A stretch of 64,000 bases of DNA from Acidimicrobiales bacterium (GTDB lineage: Bacteria > Actinomycetota > Acidimicrobiia > Acidimicrobiales > SZUA-35), in NCBI GenBank assembly GCA_965216205.1, contig OZ244139.1:3705960-3769959 (forward strand), written 5' to 3'. The notes beneath the pieces were generated by a model. It had not been told where the DNA came from. It did no database searches and worked only from the letters and a program-made list of their open reading frames with translations. Made by a program: the position numbers and the translations under genes. This document shows, piece by piece, positions 18,010-29,400 of this stretch. Numbering within the stretch: the first letter of the stretch is position 1; every line of letters begins with the position of its first letter.

Positions 18010-20043
18010 ATGGAGGCCACTGCAATGATCAAGCGGATTGTTTCTGGAGTATTCCTACTGATCGCGCTCGGCGCCCTCGGTCTGATCCTGGCCGGCGCGC
18101 TCACGAGTGGTGAACAGTTGATCGTGCGGTTCCTCACCGCGATCGTCGTCGCCTCGCTGTGTCTGTACGTCATCAGCGACCTGCGACTGCACGCCGACGA
18201 CAACGCCGCCAGGTCGTCTGCCCGCCGCCCGCCCACCGAAGCCGCGACGCGACGCGGCCCTGCGCCGAACGCGCTCCCTCCGAACAGCACCGCGGCGTTC
18301 ATGGCAACCGTCACCGGCAAGCGCTCGGCGAACACCTCCAGTCGCCTCGCTCCCTCCGCCGATGGCGAGGCCGCGTTCCCGTCGGACGCCGCTGACCGGG
18401 CCGACGCCCCGGGATTCGCCGGTGTGGGGTCGGCCTGGGTCGACGCCGCGACCGGGACGTCCGACGGCGAGGCCGACGGTGACCACGAAAGTGACGGTCG
18501 GCACGCCCCCGAGCACCCAGCGGCCACCGTTGCGCCCGGCTCGACCTCCGCCTATGCCGACGACGACGTCGACGCCGGCGAGTGGCCCCACCTCCCGGTC
18601 CAAGCGGCACCAGCGGATGAGCGCCGCAAGCATGGCCTCGCGACGATCTTCACCCCACAGGACGGGGAGGAGGCAGCAGACACCGAGTTCGAGGAGGCCC
18701 CACAGGCGCTCGCAGCGAACGACCACTATCGCCCGCCGATCGCTCCCCGATACCCCACGCCGAACCTCACCTCGATCACCGGCGGAGCGTTCAGCACCCA
18801 CAGCGACGCTGCGGCGGCCGACGAGCCAGCGACCGACCGGCCATCGACCGACGATGACGGCGCAGACGACGAGGGCACGGACGAGCCGGCCAACCGGTCG
18901 GTGAACGCCGAACCCAGCGCTGCGGTGAGCGACCACGCCGACGCTGCCGTGCACGTTCCCGACGCCGAGCACGTTCCAGACGCCGAGCACGTTGCCGGCG
19001 CCGACCAGGTCGGCGCTGCCGAGCACGGCGATGCGACCGACGATGTCCGGATCGACGAACCGCACGCCGACGATCACACCGGCGACGATCACCCGGACGA
19101 TCTGCTCGGCGATGAGGCGTACGACGACGAAGCCTGGGAAGGCGTCGACGGGCTGCACGCCGACGACGCGACCCTGGAGCACGAGCGGGCGGCCGACCAT
19201 GCTGCCGCCGACGACGAGGACACCGGCGACCACGACGACACCATCGGTGGCGAGTGGGTGACCGATGACGGGTGCGCGAGCGATGACGGGTGGGTGAGCG
19301 ACGTCGATGCCGATGCCGACCGGGTGAGCGGTGCGGTCATCGACGACGAGCGCGCCGGCGACGATACCGGGTCCTGGGCCGACGAGGACGACGCCGCCGA
19401 ACAGGTGGCCGCGGCGTCCGCCCTCGGCGAGGCGGACGGACCGTCCGATGACCTCGCTGCCGAGGGAACCCGGGCCGACGCCGACCTCGACGAGATCGAG
19501 TCGATGACCGCCATGGCCGCCGAGCCCGAGACCGGATCGACCCCGGCGCTCCAGGCCACATCCGGGCTGGAAGCGGCAGCGCAGGCAAGGGCTCGGGTGA
19601 TCGAACTACTCGCCGGCGAGCACGGGGCGAGCGAGCTGGAAGCCGCCATCGAAGCAGGCGAGCTCGAGACAATCAGCTCGCTCATGGCCGACGGCACCCT
19701 GTCCACCAGGGGACCGATCTCCGACCACGACGTGCGAACGATGGTGTTCGTGGCGTTCACGTCGAACGAGCTGCGGAAGATCCTGCTCGCAGGCGGCCGG
19801 CTCGACGGCGAGTTCGATCGCTTCGAGTTGGACACGGCCGACTCGTTCAGCAGCGACGGCGTGCTCGACCCTGACACCGACAGCCCAGCGGATCTCCCGC
19901 CGGCCGTGCTGGCCGCATCCGAGGCCGCAGCCACCAATGGCTCGGAAGTCGATGAGCGCGACTCGGCCACGGCAGGCGACACCCCCGACTTCGACCGCGA
20001 GCCCCTCCCGACCGGCCGGCACCAGCCGGTCACCGCCCGCTGA
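18010..20043 (+). CDS. membrane-anchored, highly acidic Asp/Ala-rich low-complexity protein, function unknown
   Basis: Two N-terminal TM helices are followed by about 450 aa of D/A/E-rich sequence with short repeats (HVPDAEHVPDAEHV). The final ~150 aa are more ordinary in composition. Confidence 0.5.
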   Translation: MEATAMIKRIVSGVFLLIALGALGLILAGALTSGEQLIVRFLTAIVVASLCLYVISDLRLHADDNAARSSARRPPTEAATRRGPAPNALPPNSTAAFMATVTGKRSANTSSRLAPSADGEAAFPSDAADRADAPGFAGVGSAWVDAATGTSDGEADGDHESDGRHAPEHPAATVAPGSTSAYADDDVDAGEWPHLPVQAAPADERRKHGLATIFTPQDGEEAADTEFEEAPQALAANDHYRPPIAPRYPTPNLTSITGGAFSTHSDAAAADEPATDRPSTDDDGADDEGTDEPANRSVNAEPSAAVSDHADAAVHVPDAEHVPDAEHVAGADQVGAAEHGDATDDVRIDEPHADDHTGDDHPDDLLGDEAYDDEAWEGVDGLHADDATLEHERAADHAAADDEDTGDHDDTIGGEWVTDDGCASDDGWVSDVDADADRVSGAVIDDERAGDDTGSWADEDDAAEQVAAASALGEADGPSDDLAAEGTRADADLDEIESMTAMAAEPETGSTPALQATSGLEAAAQARARVIELLAGEHGASELEAAIEAGELETISSLMADGTLSTRGPISDHDVRTMVFVAFTSNELRKILLAGGRLDGEFDRFELDTADSFSSDGVLDPDTDSPADLPPAVLAASEAAATNGSEVDERDSATAGDTPDFDREPLPTGRHQPVTAR

Positions 20044-20072
20044 GCGCCCGCCGAGCCAGGTCAGTCAGGGCG

Positions 20073-21338
20073 TCATTTGTAGGAGGCCTGCGATTCCTTC
20101 CAGGAACCCCCGTCGGCCCGGGGTTCCTTCGGCAGGCCGAGCACCCGCTCGCCGATGATGTTGCGCTGCACCTCGGAGGTGCCCGCGTAGATCGTGCCCG
20201 GCCGGGCGACGAGGAAACTGCTCATCCAGTTGGCCGGGGTGTTCTCGATGCCGATCGCGGGAGCGCCGATGCCGACCCTTGTCTCGTCGCCGAACCCGAC
20301 CATGCCGTCGGCCCCCATCATGTTCATCGCCGCTTCGGTGATGCGGTGGTGATGGTGGCTCCAGAAGAGCTTGCCGATCGATGACTCGGGTCCTGGCTGC
20401 TGCCCCGCGAGGAACCGGGTGAGGGCCTGCATCCCCCGGTACTTCATGATCTGGACGGTCGTGTAGAAGCGGGCGATGTCCTGCCGGACGAGGGGGTCGT
20501 CGATCTTGCCCTGCTTGCGGGCCATGTCGACGAAGAGCTCGTACTCCGCGCCGAACGACAACGCCGTGGTGGTGGCGCCGACCCCGCGCTCGTAGCCGAG
20601 GAGGGTGTTGCCCACCGCCCACCCGTTGTTGACCCCGCCGAGCACGTTGTCCTTGGGACAGGTGGCGTCGGTGAAGAACACCTCGTTGAAGTGGTCGTGA
20701 CGGGCGATGTTGGTGATCGGCCGCATCTCCACGCCGGGCTGCTCGGTCGACATGAGCAGGAAGGAGATCCCCTTGTGCTTCGGCACGTCGGGATCGGTCC
20801 TGGCGAGGACGAAGATCATGTTGGCGGTCTGGCCGCTGGAGGTCCAGATCTTCTGGCCGTTCACGATCCACTGATCACCGTCGAGCTCGGCCTTGCAGCC
20901 GAGGTTGGCGAGGTCGGAGCCGGCGTTGGGCTCGGAGTAGCCCTGGCACCAGACGTCCTCCCCGGACAGGATCCGCGGGATGAAGTGCTGCTTCTGCTCC
21001 TCGGAGCCCCAGGCCAGGATGGTGTTGCCCACCATCCCGATGCTGAACCCATCGTTGGGGCCCGACGTCGGCACACCGCGCTTGGCGAACTCCTCGTTCA
21101 TGACGACCTGTTCCAGGTGGGTCAGTCCCCCGCCCCCGTACTCGGCCGGCCAGTTGGGCGCGAGGAGCTTGTTGTCGCGCAACGTCTCCCGCCACTCGTT
21201 CTGGAACCGGGTTCTGGCTTCACCGTCGAGCGCGCCGATGCCCTGCCAGTTGCTCGGCAGGTACTCGTCGAGGAAGGCGGTGATCTTCTCGCGGTACTGC
21301 TCGGTCTCCGGTGGATAGGTCGGTTGCATGGGCACCAC
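20073..21338 (-). CDS. acyl-CoA dehydrogenase
   Basis: The ACAD pattern runs full length (..GYSEPNAGSD..WTS..; C-terminal ..IYAGTSEVQRNII..). Confidence 0.9.
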   Translation of the reverse strand: MVPMQPTYPPETEQYREKITAFLDEYLPSNWQGIGALDGEARTRFQNEWRETLRDNKLLAPNWPAEYGGGGLTHLEQVVMNEEFAKRGVPTSGPNDGFSIGMVGNTILAWGSEEQKQHFIPRILSGEDVWCQGYSEPNAGSDLANLGCKAELDGDQWIVNGQKIWTSSGQTANMIFVLARTDPDVPKHKGISFLLMSTEQPGVEMRPITNIARHDHFNEVFFTDATCPKDNVLGGVNNGWAVGNTLLGYERGVGATTTALSFGAEYELFVDMARKQGKIDDPLVRQDIARFYTTVQIMKYRGMQALTRFLAGQQPGPESSIGKLFWSHHHHRITEAAMNMMGADGMVGFGDETRVGIGAPAIGIENTPANWMSSFLVARPGTIYAGTSEVQRNIIGERVLGLPKEPRADGGSWKESQASYK

Positions 21339-21404
21339 CGTATTTCAGGACACCGGTACCGGCCATTCCCTCCACGAAACTGGAACCCGGTAACGTCGGG
21401 CGCG

Positions 21405-22220
21405 ATGGCTCCTTCGCACCGTGCCGATCAGATCCCGGATCACACGCCCACCCACGAGGTCTTCGCACTCAAGTACGCCGAGCGGGACGCCCGCCGGCCG
21501 GACCACTTCATCGGTGGCGATCCCCACGATGCGCCGATGCCGATGGACTACTACGTCTGGGCGATCGTCGGCGAGAACGGCCTCTGGGTGGTCGACACCG
21601 GCTTCGAGCAGTCGGATGCCGACCGACGGAAGCGGACCCTCGTGCGTTCCGTCACCGAAGCGCTCGCCACGATCGGGATCGCCGCGGCCGACGTCGAGCA
21701 GGTGATCCTCACCCACCTCCACTACGACCACGTCGGCGGCTTCGACCAGTTCCCGAGCGCCCGATTCCACCTGCAGGACACGGAGATGAGCTACGCCACG
21801 GGTCGGGCCATGACCCACCCGGCGATCGCCCACTCGTTCACCGCCGACCACATCGCGAGCATTGTCCACGCCGTGTTCGGTGGCCGTGTCGTCTTCCACG
21901 ACGGCGACGCCGAACTGGCGCCCGGGCTGTCGATCCATCACATCGGCGGCCACACGAAGGGTTTGCAGGTCGTGCGGGTGTGGACGACCGATGGGTGGCT
22001 GGTGCTGGCCTCAGACGCCAGCCACTACTACGAGAACATGACGAGCGGCCGACCGTTCCCGATCGTGTACGACCTCGGCGACATGCTCGACGGCCACCGA
22101 CGGTGCTTCGAGCTCGCCAGTGCCCCGGAGCTCGTCGTTCCGGGCCACGATCCTCTCGTCCTCGAGCGATTCCCCCCGGCCCGCCCTGGCCTCGACGGCA
22201 TCGCCGCCCGCCTCGCCTGA
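21405..22220 (+). CDS. MBL-fold metallo-hydrolase (N-acyl-homoserine-lactonase-like)
   Basis: It has the THLHYDHVGG motif and downstream His/Asp ligands. ATG 21405 lies within the longer ORF 20691..22220. Confidence 0.8.
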   Translation: MAPSHRADQIPDHTPTHEVFALKYAERDARRPDHFIGGDPHDAPMPMDYYVWAIVGENGLWVVDTGFEQSDADRRKRTLVRSVTEALATIGIAAADVEQVILTHLHYDHVGGFDQFPSARFHLQDTEMSYATGRAMTHPAIAHSFTADHIASIVHAVFGGRVVFHDGDAELAPGLSIHHIGGHTKGLQVVRVWTTDGWLVLASDASHYYENMTSGRPFPIVYDLGDMLDGHRRCFELASAPELVVPGHDPLVLERFPPARPGLDGIAARLA

Positions 22221-22236
22221 CACCCGCACGGGCTGG

Positions 22237-23547
22237 TCAGAGGTTGGCGGTGGCGAGGTCCAGGTACTCGGCGAATTTCTCCTGAGCTGCCGCCTGCTTG
22301 CGGGTGTAGTGCTCGCTGGGCACGTCGACGGGCTGGTAGTCCTTCAGGATCTTGCGGGCGACCGTCACCTTGTGGACCTCATCGGGCCCGTCGTAGATGC
22401 GGGCGGCTCGCGCTGCTCGGTACATCGATTCGAGCGGCAGGTCGGTGGTGAACCCGAGCGCGCCATGGACCTGGATGGCCCGGTCGATCACGTTGTAGAG
22501 CACCTTCGCCCCGTACCACTTGATGATCGCGATCTCCATCCGCGACGCGGACGCCCCGTACTTGTCCATGTGCCACGCCGCCTGGAGCGTGAGGAGCCGG
22601 GCGGCCCGCATCTCGGCCTCCGACTCGGCCACCCAGTCCTGCACCATCTGCTTCTCGGCGAGGTAGCTGCCGTGGGCGTAGCGGCTGACCGCTCGTTCGC
22701 AGAGCATGTCGAACGCCCGTCGCGACTGCCCGAGCCAGCGCATCGCGTGGTGGATCCGGCCCGGTCCGAGCCGCTTCTGGGCGAGCACGAAGCCCTGGCC
22801 GACACCGTCGTCGCCGCCGACCAGGTTGGCGTGGGGCACCCTGACGTTGTCGTACACGATCTCGGAGTGACCGCCCGGTTCGCCGGTCTCGTGGTCGGGG
22901 TGCGACATCACCGGGACATCGCGCACGACGTTCAACCCCGGGGTGTCGGTGGGCACCACGAACATCGAGGAGCCCTGGTAGGGATGGACGTCGGGGTTGG
23001 TCACCACCATCGAGATGAGGATGTCGGCGGTCGACCCGTTCGACGTGAACCACTTCCGACCGTTGATCACCCACTCGTCGCCGTCCCGGACCGCGTTGGT
23101 CTTGAGGAGCTTCGGGTCGGACCCTGCCGTGTCGGGCTCGGTCATCGAGAACGCGCTGCGGATCTTGCCGTCGAGCAACGGCTGCATCCACTTCTCCTTC
23201 TGCTCATCGGTCGCACCGACGGCGAGGAGCTCGGCGTTGCCGGTGTCGGGTGCGTTGACCCCGAAGATGCGGGGGGCGAACGCCGACTTGCCGAGGATCT
23301 CGTTCATCAGGCCGAGCTTGACCTGCCCGAACCCGAGCCCACCGAGCTCGGGTGGCAGATGGGTGGCCCACAGGCCCTGCTCCTTGACCTGCTCCTTCAG
23401 TGGGGCCGTGATCTCGTCGATCTTGTCGCGATCTCGCTGGATCTCCCGCGGGAGCCCCTCCAACGGATAGATCTCCTCGACCAGGAGCTGGCGCATCCAG
23501 TCGAGCTTCGCTTCGAAGTCGGGGTCGGTTTCGAAATCCCAGGCCAT
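22237..23547 (-). CDS. acyl-CoA dehydrogenase
   Basis: ACAD motifs are present (..FSMTEPDTAGSD..; C-terminal ..IYDGPDEVH..). Confidence 0.9.
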   Translation of the reverse strand: MAWDFETDPDFEAKLDWMRQLLVEEIYPLEGLPREIQRDRDKIDEITAPLKEQVKEQGLWATHLPPELGGLGFGQVKLGLMNEILGKSAFAPRIFGVNAPDTGNAELLAVGATDEQKEKWMQPLLDGKIRSAFSMTEPDTAGSDPKLLKTNAVRDGDEWVINGRKWFTSNGSTADILISMVVTNPDVHPYQGSSMFVVPTDTPGLNVVRDVPVMSHPDHETGEPGGHSEIVYDNVRVPHANLVGGDDGVGQGFVLAQKRLGPGRIHHAMRWLGQSRRAFDMLCERAVSRYAHGSYLAEKQMVQDWVAESEAEMRAARLLTLQAAWHMDKYGASASRMEIAIIKWYGAKVLYNVIDRAIQVHGALGFTTDLPLESMYRAARAARIYDGPDEVHKVTVARKILKDYQPVDVPSEHYTRKQAAAQEKFAEYLDLATANL

Positions 23548-23626
23548 GGTGAACTCCAGTCAGAGATGAGCGGGCGAGCGGTGCTTCGTCTGCAACGCGT
23601 GTTCAGATGTCTTCAGATAGTAGGGA

Positions 23627-24772
23627 TCAGCCGACGGCGCCGGCGGCTCGAAGCGAGGCGATGTCGTCGGCGACCCAGCCCCAATCGGCGAGGATCTCGT
23701 CGGTGTGCTGGCCGGGATCGGGCACCGGGCCCTGGACCTCGCCGGGGGTGCGGCTGAACCGGGGCGCCGGGCCGGGTTGCACCACGCCTTCCAGCTCGAT
23801 GAACGTTCCCCGCTTCGCGTTGTGGGGATGGTCGGGCGCTTCGGCCATCGACAGGACGGGGGCGAAGCACACGTCGGACCCCTCCATGATCTCGCACCAC
23901 TCGTCGCGGGTCTTCGACAAGAACAGCTCGGTGAGGCGCATCTTGTGCTCCGTCCACCGGGCCCGGTCGTTGCGGTTGGGGATGTCGTCCTCGGTCAGAC
24001 CGAGCTTCTCCAGCAGCTCCGCATGGAACTTGCCCTCGATCGATCCGATCGAGATCCACTTGCCGTCGCTGCATTCGTAGGTCCCGTAGAAGTGGGCGCC
24101 CGAGTCGAGCATGTTCGAGCCGCGCTCGTCGCTCCATGAACCGGAACCGTGGATGCCGTAGATCGCGCTCAGCAGCGAGGCGGCCCCGTCGACCATCGCC
24201 GCGTCGATGACCTGCCCCTGCCCGGAGGTGCGGGCCTCGATGATGCCGGCGCACACCCCGAACGCCAGATACAGCGCACCGCCACCGAAGTCGCCAACGA
24301 GGTTCAAGGGCGGCACCGGTGGGCCGCCGGCGGTGCCGATGGCGTGGAGCGCACCGCTCAGGGCGATGTAGTTGATGTCGTGACCCGCGGCGTGGGCGAG
24401 CGGGCCGTCTTGACCCCATCCGGTCATGCGCCCGTACACGAGGCGCGGGTTGCGGGCGAGGCACACGTCGGGACCGAGGCCGAGCCGGTCGGTGACTCCG
24501 GGGCGGAACCCCTCGATGAGGGCGTCGGCCTGCTCGACGAGGGCGAGCACCACCTCCACCCCGTCCGGGTTCTTGAGGTCGACGCCGATCGAGCGGCGAC
24601 CCCGGTTCAGCACGTTGTACTTGCGGCCCCGGTCGATGCCGAGGTCGGCGGGAGCGAGCCGGTCGACCCGGATGACCTCGGCCCCGAGGTCGGCGAGCAG
24701 CATCGCGCACATCGGACCCGGACCGATCCCGGCGAGTTCGATCACCTTCACACCATCGAGTGGTCCGCTCAT
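23627..24772 (-). CDS. family III CoA-transferase (CaiB/BaiF; alpha-methylacyl-CoA racemase-like)
   Basis: The sequence [38 protein letters not shown] is typical of the family. Confidence 0.9.
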   Translation of the reverse strand: MSGPLDGVKVIELAGIGPGPMCAMLLADLGAEVIRVDRLAPADLGIDRGRKYNVLNRGRRSIGVDLKNPDGVEVVLALVEQADALIEGFRPGVTDRLGLGPDVCLARNPRLVYGRMTGWGQDGPLAHAAGHDINYIALSGALHAIGTAGGPPVPPLNLVGDFGGGALYLAFGVCAGIIEARTSGQGQVIDAAMVDGAASLLSAIYGIHGSGSWSDERGSNMLDSGAHFYGTYECSDGKWISIGSIEGKFHAELLEKLGLTEDDIPNRNDRARWTEHKMRLTELFLSKTRDEWCEIMEGSDVCFAPVLSMAEAPDHPHNAKRGTFIELEGVVQPGPAPRFSRTPGEVQGPVPDPGQHTDEILADWGWVADDIASLRAAGAVG

Positions 24773-24837
24773 CGTTGCCTCTTTCTGCGTTCTGTCTGCT
24801 CTTCTCTGCGCGGTCAACCACAAGTTAGGGTCTCGGC

Positions 24838-25935
24838 ATGCGAGCAGCCATTCTCAGAGACGGTGCGATGGTGGTCGACGAGATCGACGATCTGAGCCCG
24901 GCGCCGGGCCAGGTGCTGGTGGAGACGGTCGCCTGCGGGATCTGTGGCAGCGACCTCCACACCGTCGATCACGCCCACGAGATGGTCGAGGTCGCGCTCG
25001 ATGGTGGAAGCTCCACGTTCACGTTCGACCCCGACCGCGACCTGGTGATGGGCCACGAGCTGGCGGTACGGGTCCTCGACGTCGGCGACGGTGTCACCGG
25101 TGTCGTGCCCGGCGCCGAGGCGGCGGCGATGCCGATGCTCAACGCCGACGGTCGGATCGCGGTGCCGGGTTACGACAACGACTACCCCGGTGGCTATTCG
25201 GAGCGGATGCTGCTCGACCCCGGAGCGCTGCTGCCGGTGCCCAACGGGCTCGACCCCCGACTCGCAGCGCTGACCGAACCGCTGGCGGTCGGCCTGCACG
25301 CCGTCAACCAGTCGTCGATCGGTGAGGCGGCGGGCGGCACCTCGAACCGCGACACCACGAGGCGGCCGGCGATCGTCATCGGGGCCGGCCCGGTCGGGCT
25401 GTCGGTCATCGCCTCGTTGGCCCTGACCGGCACCGAGCCGATCGTGGCGTCCGATTTCTCCCCTCGTCGCCGTGCCCTGGCCGCCGAGCTCGGCGCCCAC
25501 GTGGTGCTCGATCCCGGCACCGCCACCGATCGCCAGGCCGGGTTCGAGCAGGCGGTGCAGGCCCTGTCCGACGAGGGTGCGCTCGACGACGGCGCCCCAC
25601 CGGTGGTGTTCGAGGCCGTCGGGGTGCCGGGCATGATCGACATGGCGATGACCGGCGTGCCCCCGGCGAGCGAGTTGGTGGTCGTCGGGGTGTGCATGGA
25701 GCACGACTCGTTCCGCCCGATGATGGGCATCTTCAAGCGGCTGACCGTGAAGTTCGTGCTCGGCTGGTCGCCCGACGAGTTCGCCCAATCGCTCCGGAAC
25801 CTCGCCGAAGGTCGTATCGACGGCACCAAGCTCGTCACCGGCGAGGTCGGCCTCGACGAGGTGCCCGCATCCTTCGCCGCGCTCGCCGACCCGGAGGAGC
25901 ACGTCAAGATCCTGGTCCGCCCGAACGGTTCGTGA
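24838..25935 (+). CDS. zinc-binding alcohol dehydrogenase (MDR family)
   Basis: Supported by ..CGICGSDLH.. and a Rossmann motif (IGAGPVGL). Confidence 0.85.
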   Translation: MRAAILRDGAMVVDEIDDLSPAPGQVLVETVACGICGSDLHTVDHAHEMVEVALDGGSSTFTFDPDRDLVMGHELAVRVLDVGDGVTGVVPGAEAAAMPMLNADGRIAVPGYDNDYPGGYSERMLLDPGALLPVPNGLDPRLAALTEPLAVGLHAVNQSSIGEAAGGTSNRDTTRRPAIVIGAGPVGLSVIASLALTGTEPIVASDFSPRRRALAAELGAHVVLDPGTATDRQAGFEQAVQALSDEGALDDGAPPVVFEAVGVPGMIDMAMTGVPPASELVVVGVCMEHDSFRPMMGIFKRLTVKFVLGWSPDEFAQSLRNLAEGRIDGTKLVTGEVGLDEVPASFAALADPEEHVKILVRPNGS

Positions 25936-25969
25936 CCACCGGCCACAGCGACGCTGATCGGCCGCGTGC

Positions 25970-26359
25970 TCACCGGAGCGGGGCGGCACGCAGCGTGTAG
26001 AGGTCGGCGTCGAGGAGGATCGTTCGCACAACCCAGATGTGGAGGACGACGCTGGCCACGAGGAACCCGATCGAGAGCGACACGATGAACCCGCCGCGCC
26101 GTCCGGTCACCCGCCAGACCCCGTAGGCGACGAGCCCCAGCACCACGCCGGCGGGGAGCACCAGCAACGCCACGATCGGCACGACGAACCACGGTCCGGG
26201 GATCACGCCGGTGCCGGCGGAGTGGTCGAGCACGTCGAACTTCAACCATGTGTAGGCGATGCCGCTGACGAAGTTGAAGGCGACGACGAAGGCCGAGAAG
26301 ACGGCCAGGACGATGGTCGCCGTTCCCTTCGCCACCACCGCGATGCTTCTGGTCGTCAC
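25970..26359 (-). CDS. small integral membrane protein, unknown function
   Basis: It has four hydrophobic helices and I recognise no family. Confidence 0.5.
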   Translation of the reverse strand: MTTRSIAVVAKGTATIVLAVFSAFVVAFNFVSGIAYTWLKFDVLDHSAGTGVIPGPWFVVPIVALLVLPAGVVLGLVAYGVWRVTGRRGGFIVSLSIGFLVASVVLHIWVVRTILLDADLYTLRAAPLR

Positions 26360-26458
26360 GGCCGTGAGACTACTGGGGCGGGCTCGGCCGACTGGGTCGG
26401 ACCGACCTGATCGGGTGGACCCGATCGGGCCGCGGATCGGGCTGGGTCAACCCGTTGC

Positions 26459-29400
26459 TCAGCGAGGAACGAGCCAGAACGTCAGGCCGAGGTCGGCCTC
26501 GTGCTGCGGAGCGGTCGCGGAGCCGGGGGGCCGATCGCCCGGATCGAAGGAGCCGGGATCGTGGTCGACGACCTCGATCGCGAGCACCGCGTCGGCCACC
26601 TCGTTGCGATGGTCGTGCAGGGCGTTGGCCATCTCCCCCTCCGCAACGATGTGCAGCCGGATCCGGTCGCTGACCTCCAGCCCGGCGTCCTTGCGGGCGG
26701 TCTGGATCAGGCGGATGGCTTCTCGAGCCAGACCAGCGCGACGGAGCTCGGTGGTGATGGTGGTGTCGAGGGCGATCGTCAGGCCGTTCTGGCTGATCAC
26801 CGCCCAGCCGATGCGAGGGACCTCGCTGAGCGTGACCTCATCGCCGGTGATCTCGGTCGGCTCGCCGTCGACGTCGACGGTGGCCGAGCCGGTGGCCCGG
26901 ATCGCCGCCGCCAGCTCGGCAGGGTCTGCGGCGACCACCGCCGCGGCCGCTTGTTGGGTGCGGGATCCGAACCGCTTGCCGAGGGCCCGGAAGTCGGGCT
27001 TCACCTCGAGCTCCACCACCTCGCCGGCTGAGCCGAGCGGCTCGATCCGGCCGACGTTGAGCTCGTCGGCGACCTCGGCAGCCAGCTCGTCGGAGAGGCG
27101 ACGACCGCCCGGTAGAGCGAGCACGGCCCGAGCCAGCGGCTGGCGGATCTTGATCTTGGCGGCTTGGCGGACCGCTCGGCCGGCCTCCACCGCCTGGCGG
27201 GCCAACACCATGTCGGCTCGGAGGGTCTCCGCCACCGACGGAGCGCCCTGCCCACCGGCATCGCCGGTCGGGAAGTCGGCCAGGTGGACCGACATCGGCG
27301 CGTCGCCGTGGGCCGGCTCGAACCCGGGCACGACCGCGGCTCGCCACACCCGTTCGGTCACGAACGGAACGAACGGTGCCAGGAGTCGGGTGGTCGTGTC
27401 GAGGCAGGTGTGGAGGGTGCTGAGAGCGGCTGGATCGCCGGCCCAGAACCGGGCGCGACCCCGGCGGACGTACCAGTTCGAGAGGTCGTCGATGAACTGG
27501 GCCAGGGCCCGGCCGGCGCCAGCGGTGTCGAAGTTCTCGAGTTGGGTGTCGACCGCTGTGGCGACGTGATCGAGCTCGGCCAGCACCCACCGGTCGAGCA
27601 CGGGCCGTTCGGCCACCGGGCCGGCGTCAGCGTGTGACCAGTCGGACGTCGAGGCGTAGAGCGTGAAGAAGGCAGCGGTGTTCCAGTAGGTGAGCAGGAC
27701 CCGCCGCACGATCTCCCGGAGCGGCTCGTCGCTGATCCTCCGGGCCGACCACGGCGATCCCGAGCAGAGCATGAACCAGCGGAGCGCGTCGGCGCCGTGA
27801 GCGTCCATGAGCGGCATCGGTTCGAGCACGTTGCCGAGATGCTTGCTCATCTTGCGACCATCGGCGGCCATGATGTGACCCAGGCAGACCACGTTCTCGT
27901 AGGACGACCGGTCGAACACCAGCGTCCCGACCACCATGAGCGTGTAGAACCATCCCCTGGTCTGGTCGATGGCCTCGCAGATGAACTGAGCCGGGTAGGA
28001 ATCCTCGAACTCCTCGACGGAGCCGGGCCGGTGGGGGTAGCCGAGCTGGGCGAACGGCATGGCCCCGGAGTCGAACCAGGCGTCGATCACCTCTGGCACC
28101 CGGGTGGCGGTGCCGCCACAGGACGGGCAGGGGAACGTGATCTCGTCGATGAAGGGACGATGGGGGTCGAGATCCGAGAGGTCGCGCCCGGCGAGGCGGC
28201 CGAGGTCGGCTCTCGACTCGACCCACGTGTGGTGCTCCCGATCACAGATCCACACCGGGAGCGGGGTTCCCCAGTACCGGTTGCGGGACAGCGCCCAGTC
28301 GACGTTGTTGGCCAGCCAGTCGCCGTAGCGACCGTGCTTGATGTGATCCGGGTACCAGTTGGTGCGCTCGTTCTCCTGCTCGAGCTCGGCGATCCGCTCT
28401 GTGGTCCGGATGTACCACGACAACTGGGCGTAGTACATGAGGCGGGTGTGGCAACGCCAGCAGTGGGGGTAGGGGTGGGCGTGGTCGACGCTGCGAAGGA
28501 GCAGGCCCCGCCGGTCGAGGTCCGCCATCAGCGCCGGGTTGGCGTCGGTGAAGAACATGCCACCGACGAGCTCGACCGACGGCTCGAAGTGCCCGTCGGG
28601 GGTGATCGGGTTGACCACCGGCAAGTCGAACCGGCGGCACGCGGCGAGGTCCTCGGCCCCGAAGGCCGGGGCGAGGTGGACCAGGCCGGTACCGTCCTCG
28701 ACGGTCACGTAGTCGGCGGTGATGACCACGTGGGCGTCAGGGACGGGTACCAGGTCGAACGGCGGCACGTAGCCGACCTTCTCGAGCTCGGCGCCGGGCA
28801 GGAGCGCCAGCACCTCGACATCGGCGACGTCGGCCGCTCCGTGTTCGGGGATCGGCGACGCGTCACCGGCCTGCTCGTCGTCGGCGACGTCGGTGCCGAG
28901 GACCGAGGACACCAGCGCTTCGGCGAGCAGGAACGTGCCGCTGCCGGTCCGGACGATCGCGTAGGTGATCTCGGGATGGACGGCCACCGCGGTGTTGGAG
29001 ACCAGCGTCCAGGGCGTGGTCGTCCACACGAGCAGCTCCACGTCGGCGATTCCCGCCACCTCGCCGACGACGGGGAACCGAACGTAGACCGAGGGATCGA
29101 TCACGTCCTCGTAGCCTTGCGCCACCTCGTGATCCGACAGCCCGGTGCCGCACCGCGGGCAGTAGGGAGCCACACGGTGGTCCTGGGTGAGCAGGCCCAT
29201 CTCGGCGATCCTGGCCAGCGCCCACCACTCGGCTTCGATGTAGTCGGGGGCCATCGTCCAGTAGGCGGCGTCGACGTCGACCCAGTAGCCCATTCGCTCG
29301 GTCATGGCGGTGAAGTCGTCGACGTGCCGCTGCACCGAGCGGCGACAGTGCTCGTTGAACGTCTCGATCCCGATCCGCTCGATGTCCGGCTTTCCCGCCA

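Noticed and set aside
26409-26441. Three GATCGGG heptamers, including the 10-bp palindrome CCCGATCGGG, between the ileS stop and the small membrane-protein gene.
   Set aside because: The motifs are short, GC-rich and irregularly spaced (14 and 12 bp), so they are likely to occur by chance in this composition. That is not enough to call a regulatory site.
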